Virus record (IMG/VR): IMGVR_UViG_3300020045_003022
Coordinates: 1 to 41,079 of that record
From: a virus
Taxonomy: Duplodnaviria; Caudoviricetes
Length of the DNA: 41,079 nucleotides
Strand: one strand, 5' to 3'
Both the position numbers and the translations under genes were made by a program. A model generated the notes under the pieces. The model had not been told where the DNA came from and searched no databases. It saw only the letters and a list, made by a program, of their open reading frames with translations. Each line of letters starts with the position of its first letter. Positions within the stretch are counted from its first letter, which is position 1. Shown in pieces: positions 31,681 through 40,216 of this stretch.

Positions 31681-32831
31681 TAAGCAATGCGCTCCAGTAC
31701 AAACTCACTATTCGCGGCAAGGTTGTAGCCCGCCGAGTAGGTAAGGTTAACGATAACGTCTGTACCGCTCGACTGCTTGGAACCGCTAACGTAAGTGGCG
31801 TCCGGGGTTTTCAGGCGGTAAGCGCTTGTGCCGTCATGCGCGACCAGATCCATGCTGGCATGGGTATCGTTAAGGAAGCGATTGTAGAACGCTGCCGAGT
31901 CGAAGAACGCGACAACTGTGCCGTCTGCGGTGATGGTGTCGATAACGCTGGCCACGCTGTTTTTGCTGCCGACTACGAACTTCTGCGCGATACCGTTAGC
32001 CACGCTAGCGGTGTATTCAGTGCAGAAACCGAACTCAGTGCCGGCGATATCCAGGCTGCCGTCAAGCGCAGTCATAAAGTCGGTAGTGGTAGCTGGCACG
32101 AAAGTAGAGCCAGCCGGCAAGGAAGCAAGCTGCTCTTGCGAAGTGCCAAGCAGTGAGAAAGTTACATCCCACTTTTCGCCAGCCTTGCCACTGATTGCGA
32201 TCTTGTCGACTTCCATGCCACGGTAAACGTAGTCAATGCCGAGATCGGTATGGCGCTCAAGAATGGCGAAGGTGCGACGGGTAGTGCCAGTAACCAGCTT
32301 AGATTGCGCCGTGACGGTAATCGCCGGGCCAGCAGCAACAGTAACAAGCGTTACGGCTGTGCCTTCGATGCTGGTAACGGTTAGTTTTGAAGTGGTCGCG
32401 GTGACTACGCGAAACAGGCCGTTGTTAGCTGGCGATGCAAAGCCGGACACCTTGATAATGTCGCCTGCTACCTGGGTGAACGTGGCAGAGCTGTTAAACG
32501 AGCTGTCTACGCTGGCTGCGCTAATGCCGGTATTGGTAACCGGAGTTGCAGCTACCCAAGTACCACAGAATCCAGCCTCCAGCAGGTCATCAAGCGCTCC
32601 GTATGCAAGCTGGCACGACAGATCGCCGACAGCAGAGAAAGTACCGCGACGGTCTGCGGTACGGTGACGGTCGCCGCGCACTTCTTCGCTGGAGATTCGT
32701 TCGGCGTTATAGGCCAGCGAATTGCCGCCGGTCTTGTAACGAATAGGCTTCCAGGCTGGCGATGCCGGAATTACACCGGCCACCTCGGCAACATAGTAAA
32801 GGCTGACGACTGATGCTGATGCAATTGGCAT
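31680..32831 (-). CDS. Major tail tube protein
   Basis: YYVAE..G..P..P.W..IR, SEEVRGDR, DDLLEAGFCGTW, YRGMEVD. Confidence 0.88.
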   Translation of the reverse strand: MPIASASVVSLYYVAEVAGVIPASPAWKPIRYKTGGNSLAYNAERISSEEVRGDRHRTADRRGTFSAVGDLSCQLAYGALDDLLEAGFCGTWVAATPVTNTGISAASVDSSFNSSATFTQVAGDIIKVSGFASPANNGLFRVVTATTSKLTVTSIEGTAVTLVTVAAGPAITVTAQSKLVTGTTRRTFAILERHTDLGIDYVYRGMEVDKIAISGKAGEKWDVTFSLLGTSQEQLASLPAGSTFVPATTTDFMTALDGSLDIAGTEFGFCTEYTASVANGIAQKFVVGSKNSVASVIDTITADGTVVAFFDSAAFYNRFLNDTHASMDLVAHDGTSAYRLKTPDATYVSGSKQSSGTDVIVNLTYSAGYNLAANSEFVLERIA

Positions 32832-32837
32832 TCTGTA

Positions 32838-33257
32838 TTACCTCGGGACGTATGCAGTCCAGTTGATTGTCATGCTGACTCTGTACCAGCCGTCAACTGG
32901 CCGCCCCTGAGAGCGTCCGCACGATTGAATTTGTACATGCTGACCGCTGTATGCAAGGCGCGTGCCAGCTTTGAAGTATTGTGCCACATTATCGGCTTTC
33001 GTAACAACTGAGCCGGCGCCTGCGTTGGCTGGATAGTTCAGGTCGATCTGCATAAAGCCGGTGTGACCATCCATTCCGCCATCGCCTACAGACTCGACGG
33101 ATGGCTGATTTGGCACGATGAAAACGGACGCCCATGCCGTAGTAGTTGGCGGCTTTGTGAATGCGGCGTTTTCGTAGGCTGTCAGCGCATCAGTAAAGAA
33201 TGCGCCGGCCCGGTATCGGTCGATTAGCGCCTGCGAGATGTTTTTAAATGCGCTCAT
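32838..33257 (-). CDS. Tail terminator-like protein (DUF4128-like)
   Basis: AYENAAF..P...GFMQIDL.YP..AG; position before the tube gene. Confidence 0.8.
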   Translation of the reverse strand: MSAFKNISQALIDRYRAGAFFTDALTAYENAAFTKPPTTTAWASVFIVPNQPSVESVGDGGMDGHTGFMQIDLNYPANAGAGSVVTKADNVAQYFKAGTRLAYSGQHVQIQSCGRSQGRPVDGWYRVSMTINWTAYVPR

Positions 33258-33391
33258 TTAATTTCCAGCGTCATGCAGTGATTAACGATAAAGCCTGCCA
33301 TTTTTTCGGTGCTAGCTCCGCACCTTGTGGCGACATAGCATATGCAAAAGCAAGGCCAGAAAAACCATTTGTACTTAATAATTAACTTCAT
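33254..33391 (-). CDS. Small Cys/aromatic-rich protein (45 aa; not in ORF track)
   Basis: MKLIIKYKWFFWPCFCICYVATRCG...; fills the gap exactly and is ATGA-coupled. Confidence 0.5.
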   Translation of the reverse strand: MKLIIKYKWFFWPCFCICYVATRCGASTEKMAGFIVNHCMTLEIK

Positions 33392-33399
33392 GGTTATGC

Positions 33400-33795
33400 T
33401 CATACTTTATTATCCCGTGCGGCTTTTGCGACTATTTGTTGGATGCGGGCTACGTTTTTTCTCAGCATTCCGCCGGGAGCCTGGTCAGACCAGCCGTCAT
33501 ATTCTAGGCGGTAGATATAGGGCAAATTGTTGCTTAGGTAGATGACCTTCCCGCCGCTAAAGTCAGCCACGGTTGCGGAGACTTCTTTAACCGACTCGTC
33601 TTCGCCAAGCCTATCGACTTCGCCTGTAGCTGGTGCGCCGATAGTGGTCTGCCAGTTACCGCGCGCTCGACCAGTGTCTACAGGAGTGTCTTTAATTGTG
33701 CTGCTGAATAGTTCCAGCGCAATGGCGCGCATTGTTTCGTCAACGGACTTTCCAGCCTTAGCGGCAAAGCCTTGAACGTCATCCGAAAAACTCAC
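33400..33795 (-). CDS. HK97 gp10-like tail completion protein
   Basis: TPVDTGRARGNW...NNLPYIYRLEY.GWS.QAP.GM. Confidence 0.88.
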   Translation of the reverse strand: MSFSDDVQGFAAKAGKSVDETMRAIALELFSSTIKDTPVDTGRARGNWQTTIGAPATGEVDRLGEDESVKEVSATVADFSGGKVIYLSNNLPYIYRLEYDGWSDQAPGGMLRKNVARIQQIVAKAARDNKV

Positions 33796-34223
33796 TGCGC
33801 AACCTTATAAGATCGAACTAAACCGCCAGTGCCAGAGTCTCGCTTTTTGGCTAGCTCAACAGCTTCAACTGCTGATTTTCCGCAATCCATGGCCGTCCAG
33901 GCATGATCAGATCCGCTGCCGATCGTGTATGGTTTTTCAGGGCTTAGCTTGTCCCTCCATATGCCATCTGTTTTATTCCACCCGACCAAATACATTGATC
34001 CATCTTTTACAACAAAGGCAGATGCTGAGATATCATGTGCCCCATTATCGCGGCCAAGGTAAAGTTCAATTAGGTTTTCAATATCAGGTGAGCTTCCGGT
34101 ACAGAAAAACGAAACCCCGTCGCGATCTGTTTTCTTGTCGAAATCGTCATCTACAATAGTTGCGCCCGCATTCATGCGCGAGTCATATGCAATCACGCCA
34201 TCTTTGTATGCAATCGTTGTCAT
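33792..34223 (-). CDS. HslV/proteasome beta-subunit-like Ntn hydrolase
   Basis: M-TTIAY...IAYDSR...K...TIGSGS..A..A...AVE.A...DSGTGG. Confidence 0.8.
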   Translation of the reverse strand: MTTIAYKDGVIAYDSRMNAGATIVDDDFDKKTDRDGVSFFCTGSSPDIENLIELYLGRDNGAHDISASAFVVKDGSMYLVGWNKTDGIWRDKLSPEKPYTIGSGSDHAWTAMDCGKSAVEAVELAKKRDSGTGGLVRSYKVAQ

Positions 34224-34585
34224 CACGCACGCCCCTGAATAATAAACACCACGTTAGTGCCTTGCCCGCCAACCGGCTTGATATTCTGGCTGGCATACGA
34301 AACGCCGCCAACTGTGACGATGCACGACATGGCGGGTTCCAATACAACTCCCTGCCCGGACACGATCAGCTTCCGGTCGCTAGTCTGCACTAGCGTGCCA
34401 GACTCATTGACTCGGCCTGAGTAGTTGCCGACGTAAACTGAAACCGGGTAAGTAGTATATGTTGGCGCGTTAGTTTGCGTTGCTGGGTCGTATGTGGCGC
34501 CAGATTGGACTTGGAGTGTTCCGGGGTCGCCTTTGTCCGCAAGAATGCGAAGCGCGGTTGCTGACAGTTCGCTGTAGAAACTCAT
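34223..34585 (-). CDS. Head closure/head-tail joining protein
   Basis: FYSEL.ATA.R.LA..G...YDP.T...G.LVQ.SDRK; position. Confidence 0.75.
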   Translation of the reverse strand: MSFYSELSATALRILADKGDPGTLQVQSGATYDPATQTNAPTYTTYPVSVYVGNYSGRVNESGTLVQTSDRKLIVSGQGVVLEPAMSCIVTVGGVSYASQNIKPVGGQGTNVVFIIQGRA

Positions 34586-35061
34586 ACACGAGTGACCGCG
34601 AAGTTAGACCCGCCGCCAGTGATCTTGTAAAGCGGCTTAACGATGGCCGTTACGCTGCGGAATACTGGCGCCTCATTAGTCGCGCCCTCGGCATACTTAA
34701 CCGAGATCACGTCTACAGTCTCTTCGATTACCGCACCTTTCGCGCCCGCAACAACGGTCGGCATCAACGCCTGCGAATCCGCCTCAATCGCTAATTGGCA
34801 CTGCGCCTGAATGATCCGCTGTGGCACTGCATCCGAGGCTTGCAGCGAACCATAGACGTAAACGCCAGTGCGGGGCCATGCAAGCGGCTGGGTATTGGAT
34901 GTGCGATAGCCTTGCCATTGGCCTTCTAGCGACTCTAGGTAGTCCATGGCAAGCGTTAATAGCGTATCAGGCGCGCCAGTGATCGTAACCCCGCGAGCAG
35001 CAGCATATGCAGCCAACTGTGCAGCGGTTGCGTATGTGTCCAAGCCTACAGTGAGAGCCAT
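34582..35061 (-). CDS. Head-tail adaptor (DnaT-like annotated family)
   Basis: TYAT...AYAAARG...AMDYL...QPLAWPR...VP..I..AQ..LA...V.VISV.Y. Confidence 0.82.
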   Translation of the reverse strand: MALTVGLDTYATAAQLAAYAAARGVTITGAPDTLLTLAMDYLESLEGQWQGYRTSNTQPLAWPRTGVYVYGSLQASDAVPQRIIQAQCQLAIEADSQALMPTVVAGAKGAVIEETVDVISVKYAEGATNEAPVFRSVTAIVKPLYKITGGGSNFAVTRV

Positions 35062-35078
35062 GTGCAATCCTCATTCAA

Positions 35079-35094
35079 TGCAGGAATTATGCCA
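35079..35094 (-). promoter_or_regulatory. Late-promoter motif TGGCATAATTCCTGCA
   Basis: Directly after a terminator and before the GAGGA RBS of the adaptor gene. Confidence 0.72.
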
Positions 35095-35095
35095 T

Positions 35096-35121
35096 AAAAA
35101 AAGCCGGCTGTTTAGGCCGGC
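35096..35121 (-). terminator. Rho-independent terminator
   Basis: GCCGGC/GCCGGC stem followed by T7. Confidence 0.8.
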
Positions 35122-35127
35122 GATTAT

Positions 35128-35766
35128 CTACGCTATGGGCAAATCAAGATCACCCTCATACCACGTCGAAAAGCTCGACAGCCGCTGCGTTGCCGTGTGC
35201 AGGCTAGTAGTGCGAAACAGATATGTTGTATTCGGCGCCAGAATGCTTTCCAGCCCGTCAGCGTCCTTTGCTGCTGACGATAGGACCGAGTTGCCCTGCC
35301 CGGTAGATCCTAGCAGGGTGCGAGTCGGGGAAATCCTAACGCCGACGTCTGTCACCGTTGGCGAGCCGAGAATCTGCGCAAGGCCGGCAAGCTGAGCAAT
35401 GTCGCTCATGTTGTAGTAAGTGATCGGCGTTCCGCCCGTATAGGTTGGCGAGCGATAAGTATCAAGCTGAATGCCTGCGCCATCCCACTGGAATGCACGA
35501 CCCTTGATAGAGATTGGTAGCGCGCCAGTAATTACGACAATATCAGTAAAGCCCGGCGCAGCTGGCAATGCAGGGTTATACGTCGCAAGCGCATGTTGCG
35601 CCCCGTTCTTTACGTTCGCCTCCGTATAGTATTGAACAGTCATTGCGCGCGTGCCGGTGTATAACCCATCTGGCGCCTCTGTAAGCACGCGCATACTGCG
35701 CTCACCATCGACAATATCTGTCAATAGTTCTGTTGAAATTCCGCCGTTAACAGCTGGACCGGCCAT
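35128..35766 (-). CDS. Putative virion structural protein of unknown function (212 aa)
   Basis: Beta-rich Thr/Gly/Pro composition; located in the head cluster. Confidence 0.6.
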   Translation of the reverse strand: MAGPAVNGGISTELLTDIVDGERSMRVLTEAPDGLYTGTRAMTVQYYTEANVKNGAQHALATYNPALPAAPGFTDIVVITGALPISIKGRAFQWDGAGIQLDTYRSPTYTGGTPITYYNMSDIAQLAGLAQILGSPTVTDVGVRISPTRTLLGSTGQGNSVLSSAAKDADGLESILAPNTTYLFRTTSLHTATQRLSSFSTWYEGDLDLPIA

Positions 35767-35774
35767 ATATCACC

Positions 35775-37004
35775 TTAGTTAAAGACAAATTCAACGCCGC
35801 TGACGTTCGCAAACGTCGATGGTGATTGCGGCATTGCCGTGAAAACCAGCACGCCGGAAGCGTCCAGCGTGAACGGCAATTCGACAATCTGCACGCCTGG
35901 ACCGCTTGCATTGATCATTGCTGTTCCTGCGCCGACGGTGATCTTTGTGAGCCGCCCCGCTGCGCTGCTACTGGCCGTAACCTTCAACGTACCGGTGCGG
36001 TTTGCATAGGCGACGCCGAAGTTTGCTGTATATGTGATGGTGCCACCACTGGAGTAAGTCGTGCAGCCCTGCACCAAGTTGTGCGATAGATCAACATCCC
36101 ATGCGCCGGGGTTTGTACGGAAGCTGCCAGATATCCCGGTCGCGCCAGTCCAGCCGAAAGTGGCTCCAGGGATCAGCTGCCCATTGGTGTCATAGATCGC
36201 GGATGACGACCCGGCCGCACCGCCCTGGATAGAGGTCATTCCGCCTGAGTAGTTCAGCGTGTTCGGGAAGTAGATCAACACGCTTTCGGCTGCATCTACA
36301 GTCGGCAACACCGATTTGCTGGCGAGTTGAGCAATTGTGTGTGCCTGCATTGGTGTCGTGGCCATCCATGGGTGTACGTTGTCTGCGTTCCACCAATTTG
36401 CCACGTCCTTGTTGTCGTAATAGAACTGGCTGTAATCGAACACCGCATTCGGCCCGATATACCAGAATGGAGTCCTGGCGAGCACGGCGGGGCGGTAAAA
36501 CTTCTCGGCCCACTCCTGATAAAGCAGCTCAAACCCTTTGCGGCTGTTCGACGTGGCGAGTATCGGCGTAAATCCGAACGCCTGAATCTTGGTGACGATG
36601 CTATTGAGCCCTGCCAGCATCGCGTCCTTTGTTGCTTGCAGCATCGCGTCGTAATCAGTTGTACCAATATCGTTGCTGCCGATGTTGACGACCACGGCAA
36701 CACGTGATGGGTCAGCCGCGCTGATAGGCCCGAGCGAAGTCAGGTAGGTGTTCACGTTGGTATCGAGGTTGGCGATTGTGCTCCCCTCGACAGCCTTGTT
36801 GATGATCGGCAGATCAAAACCGGCGCCTGTAAACGACTTGCGCGCCGGCTGCTCTTGTCGACCAAGGATCGGGTTGAGGGTGAACACCTGATAGGTAGTG
36901 GACGACCCGAGCGTAACAAGATAGTCAAACTCAGGTAGAACCAAAGAGCTGCCGCCACCAGCTCCTAGCCCACGCAATGCAAAACCCGATAACGGACTAA
37001 GCAT
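35775..37004 (-). CDS. SGNH/GDSL hydrolase-domain protein, probable head fibre/spike
   Basis: VTLGSSTT, NKAVEGS, NIGSND and DNVHP blocks; Gly-rich N-terminal anchor; C-terminal beta domain. Confidence 0.8.
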   Translation of the reverse strand: MLSPLSGFALRGLGAGGGSSLVLPEFDYLVTLGSSTTYQVFTLNPILGRQEQPARKSFTGAGFDLPIINKAVEGSTIANLDTNVNTYLTSLGPISAADPSRVAVVVNIGSNDIGTTDYDAMLQATKDAMLAGLNSIVTKIQAFGFTPILATSNSRKGFELLYQEWAEKFYRPAVLARTPFWYIGPNAVFDYSQFYYDNKDVANWWNADNVHPWMATTPMQAHTIAQLASKSVLPTVDAAESVLIYFPNTLNYSGGMTSIQGGAAGSSSAIYDTNGQLIPGATFGWTGATGISGSFRTNPGAWDVDLSHNLVQGCTTYSSGGTITYTANFGVAYANRTGTLKVTASSSAAGRLTKITVGAGTAMINASGPGVQIVELPFTLDASGVLVFTAMPQSPSTFANVSGVEFVFN

Positions 37005-37281
37005 GACTTACAGACACTTGAACTTTACCGTTTACGCTGTAAGCCCACAGGCGAACAGCAACTACACCGGGAAACATATCAGTCAGCGCCTTTTTCATCT
37101 CGCCGGACTGCGGCGGGTAACTAAAAGCGCCCGCTGTAGTGGTTGGTGCAACTGCTCCAGTAGTCCCGCTAATCAGCACTGGAGAATCTGATAGGTTTTG
37201 AAAGGTTACATCGGTTGCGTTGGCATTGGTAAGTTGAACCCATGCGCCGGCAGAGCCGGTAATCGTTGTATGCTGGGCCAT
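36997..37281 (-). CDS. Small beta-rich capsid decoration/spike-base-like protein
   Basis: WVQLT...VTFQNLS...LWAYS; overlaps the fibre gene start. Confidence 0.6.
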   Translation of the reverse strand: MAQHTTITGSAGAWVQLTNANATDVTFQNLSDSPVLISGTTGAVAPTTTAGAFSYPPQSGEMKKALTDMFPGVVAVRLWAYSVNGKVQVSVSHA

Positions 37282-37457
37282 TATTCTTCACCTGCCTGAA
37301 TGTTTTTAGATGGACGACCACGGCGCACTGATTGCTCAGGCTCTTTTGTCTTTTCTTCCACTGGAGCAAAGCGCGCGTCAACAATCTTTAAGCCTTGGTC
37401 GCGCAATTCCTTCTTGCGCTCAGGCGATACTGGGTGCGGCTCATAAGCGATAGTCAT
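37281..37457 (-). CDS. Small head-associated protein (58 aa)
   Basis: YEPHPVSPERKKELRDQGLKIVDARFAP, seen after the MCP in related phages. Confidence 0.75.
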   Translation of the reverse strand: MTIAYEPHPVSPERKKELRDQGLKIVDARFAPVEEKTKEPEQSVRRGRPSKNIQAGEE

Positions 37458-37473
37458 TGTAAATCCTCTATCT

Positions 37474-37500
37474 AAAAAAAGGGGCAGCATTAGCCGCCCC
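37474..37500 (-). terminator. Rho-independent terminator after the major capsid gene
   Basis: GGGGCGGC/GCTGCCCC stem followed by a T-run. Confidence 0.85.
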
Positions 37501-37519
37501 TCTAGATTAACGACTAGCG

Positions 37520-38491
37520 TTAAGCCTTAGCTTGGTCGCCAATGGTGATGACGCCAGCAGTGTGCTTGATGTCAGTCGCCACTTTATCCCAGTTGCTGCC
37601 GGTAGCCAGCTCAGCATCGGTAGGAGACTTGCCGCCGTTCGCCACATCCCATGCGTAGCCCTTCAAGCCTAGACCGAAGGTGTAATCTACTTGCATGGTG
37701 GTTTCGATACGGGTCTGACCGTTGCTGGTTTCGATGTTGCTGATAACGTCGCCAGCGTTCGAAACGATAGCGGCATCCGGAGCCAAGGACAAAACGAAAT
37801 CCTTGTTCGGGGTGCCAGCCAGATACAGGCCAGGCGCATCTGTCACGATGACTGCTTTGCCGAGGATATCGACAACGCGCACGCCCTGAGCCTGGAACAG
37901 CTGCGGGGTGTTGGTCAAGTTTGCGCCGATCAACTTGTGGTATACGGCGCCGGTCATGATCTGCGCAACCAGCTCGCCCGAACGATCACCGAACAATGCG
38001 TGTGCGCTGTTCATAGTGCCGTAGTTAATACCAGCGGTTGCCGACACGTCATTGGTTGCCGACGCTTGGTTGCTGATAGCTGCGACCAGTGCGGCAATGG
38101 CAGTATTCAGCTGATCTTTCATCAGCGCCTCAGCAAAGTTGCGGCTTGCAACCTCGATGCCTTCTGCGGTCGGCTTTTCCAGCCAAGTCATTTGACTTGG
38201 TTCGTAGCGGATCGGGCCAAAGCCGCCGGCTACCTTGACGGTATTGTGTTGCAGCTGGGTCAGATCGGTTGCCGCTGCGGACGACTGCGCTGCGTAACGA
38301 TCAACGCGGCGCTGTGCCGAGTGGATAGCAGCGAAGAACGATTCCTGCAAGAAGTCGCCGGTAAAACCTTCGGTAGTCAGGCGGATTGCACCAGCAGAAG
38401 CACCGTTAAACTTTTCGACCATTTGGCCGAGAGTTTCAATGGTTGCCGGCATGATGTATTCGTTGAACACCTTCATTTGCGAAAGAGACAT
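37520..38491 (-). CDS. Major capsid protein
   Basis: MKVFNEY...ETLGQ.VEKFN.AS.GAI...LGLKGYAWD...SPTDAELATGSNW...KHTAGV; follows the scaffold. Confidence 0.92.
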   Translation of the reverse strand: MSLSQMKVFNEYIMPATIETLGQMVEKFNGASAGAIRLTTEGFTGDFLQESFFAAIHSAQRRVDRYAAQSSAAATDLTQLQHNTVKVAGGFGPIRYEPSQMTWLEKPTAEGIEVASRNFAEALMKDQLNTAIAALVAAISNQASATNDVSATAGINYGTMNSAHALFGDRSGELVAQIMTGAVYHKLIGANLTNTPQLFQAQGVRVVDILGKAVIVTDAPGLYLAGTPNKDFVLSLAPDAAIVSNAGDVISNIETSNGQTRIETTMQVDYTFGLGLKGYAWDVANGGKSPTDAELATGSNWDKVATDIKHTAGVITIGDQAKA

Positions 38492-38501
38492 TGCGTATTA
38501 C

Positions 38502-39098
38502 CTATTTTGATAGTTCAGGATAGCGGGCAGCGATTGCTGCTTGACGCTCTTGTTTTGTGCCGCCTAGATTGCCTTTGGTAGCACCGCCACCTGATTTGCC
38601 ACCGGGAGCACTGCCGCCCGATGATTGATTACCTTTGCGCAGGGCTTCAAAGTCACCAGACGCAAACAATTCTTTCACGGCATCTTCTGCCGATTTACCA
38701 CCTTTGCCGAGCACTCCGGTATCGGTGTATTCAAGCTGGTCACGAATGAATCGCGCCATGATCTTTGCGTTTGCCGGGCTGTTTGCCTCGGTCAAAGCGG
38801 CTTGCATTGCTGCGGCGTCAAGCGCTTGGTTGGCAATGCTGCCTTTCAGCTCTAGCAGACTCTTGCGCTCTGCCTCGGCTTCTTTCTGGTATCGCTCAGC
38901 AAGCGACTTGTATTCGCCCTGTTCGTGCTGCCGTGCGGTTTCGGCCTCTTGCTGTGCCTTTTCAATTTCTGCGGCTTTTTGCTTTGCCGTCTTTGTTTCA
39001 TCTAGCAGTTTTGCATGGTGCGCTTTTAGCCGTTCATTCTCGGCTTTCAGTTCTGCAAACTCTGGGCTAACTTCTGGAATTACGGTTTCTTCGCTCAC
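38502..39098 (-). CDS. Capsid scaffolding protein
   Basis: Coiled coil, Gly-rich linker, short C-terminal helix; directly before the MCP. Confidence 0.85.
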   Translation of the reverse strand: MSEETVIPEVSPEFAELKAENERLKAHHAKLLDETKTAKQKAAEIEKAQQEAETARQHEQGEYKSLAERYQKEAEAERKSLLELKGSIANQALDAAAMQAALTEANSPANAKIMARFIRDQLEYTDTGVLGKGGKSAEDAVKELFASGDFEALRKGNQSSGGSAPGGKSGGGATKGNLGGTKQERQAAIAARYPELSK

Positions 39099-39164
39099 TG
39101 AGCATTACCTTTTGCAATATGGGCACAGCCCGATAGTCAAATTGTAAGCCTAGAAAATAATGCT

Positions 39165-39180
39165 TGCAAGTAGTGTGCCA
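39165..39180 (-). promoter_or_regulatory. Late-promoter motif TGGCACACTACTTGCA
   Basis: Consensus match upstream of scaffold/MCP. Confidence 0.75.
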
Positions 39181-39181
39181 G

Positions 39182-40216
39182 TTATAGTCCTGCCCGCTCA
39201 AACGCCAGAGGCTCAAGTGCTCGCAACTGGTCAAGGGTGTATGACTTTCCAGAGTCGTCAACAAACTTTTGCAACGACAGCCCGCCACTTCTGAATAGCT
39301 TGGCCTTCGCATCGCCCAACACTTCATCCTGAAACGATGCTGGCTGCGATTTTAGCCAACTGTTATAGGTTGTCTGCGAGCTAACCGGGCCGTAAATGGT
39401 CGCCCGTGTTGCACCTTCTCTAAGCTCTGCAAAGGCCTTATCGACAACAGGCACTCGCACGCTGCGGCAGTTGTAGTGAGCGGGCGGCATTGGGCCTTGA
39501 CCAACAGGGTATATCTGGCCGTCCCTAGCCATACATACATCGGTTGTTCTGCCGTCGAGTACGCTGGACCACTCTTCGCCCATCAATACGTCCGCATTAG
39601 CCTTGTACAGTTCATTGCGCGCAACACTCCCAGCCATATTCGCAGCAGTACGCACAACCGTTTCCGCCTGCGCCTTGGTGCGAGTATTGACCAGCCCGAA
39701 AACCTCGGCGGCGATTTCTTTTGTCACCGAACCGCGCGTGATGCCAGCTTGCACGGCGGTCATAACTTCGCGCGAGGTGCCGGCAGCGAATGTATCGAAA
39801 ATCCCCAGCATGGTCGTGTTAATCGTTTTCTTACCGCTGATTAACTTCATCGGAGCCGACTCGATAGCCCGAGACAGCGCCGCACTATTCACGCCTGCAA
39901 GCTCGACAGTCACCGAGCCCGCTAGCATCTTTTGCGTAAATTGTGCCTCATAGGCTGCAAAATCCTGCATAGCTGGCATAGTTTGCTGCTCAAGGGCTAC
40001 ACCGGCAGCTTTGGTGATGGCGTTAATTTCCAGTTGCAGCGCGGTTAGTCGTGCGGCTTGGAAGCTGGTTAGATCGTGATTAAGCAGGGCTGCGCGAATC
40101 TCACGCGCCATGCGACGGATAATCGGCAGCGACTTTTTAACCTGGCCGGATGCTAGGCGCTGGATAAACAGTTGATGTCGACTGAGCGCGTCGAATATGT
40201 AGCCTTGTGTACTCAC
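39182..40216 (-). CDS. Minor head morphogenesis protein (SPP1 gp7/Mu gpF family)
   Basis: AETVVRT...W.SVLDGRTT..C..RDG..Y...PPAHYNCRS. Confidence 0.92.
   Translation of the reverse strand: MSTQGYIFDALSRHQLFIQRLASGQVKKSLPIIRRMAREIRAALLNHDLTSFQAARLTALQLEINAITKAAGVALEQQTMPAMQDFAAYEAQFTQKMLAGSVTVELAGVNSAALSRAIESAPMKLISGKKTINTTMLGIFDTFAAGTSREVMTAVQAGITRGSVTKEIAAEVFGLVNTRTKAQAETVVRTAANMAGSVARNELYKANADVLMGEEWSSVLDGRTTDVCMARDGQIYPVGQGPMPPAHYNCRSVRVPVVDKAFAELREGATRATIYGPVSSQTTYNSWLKSQPASFQDEVLGDAKAKLFRSGGLSLQKFVDDSGKSYTLDQLRALEPLAFERAGL

Noticed and set aside
33343-33358. TGGCCTTGCTTTTGCA, a sigma54-like match on the minus strand
   Set aside because: It lies inside the 45-aa ORF and lacks the CAYAMT core shared by the intergenic copies; probably chance.
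37691-38581. 296-aa plus-strand ORF, and the many other antisense ORFs in the track
   Set aside because: They are shadows of well-supported minus-strand genes with biased codons, with no RBS or recognisable motifs.
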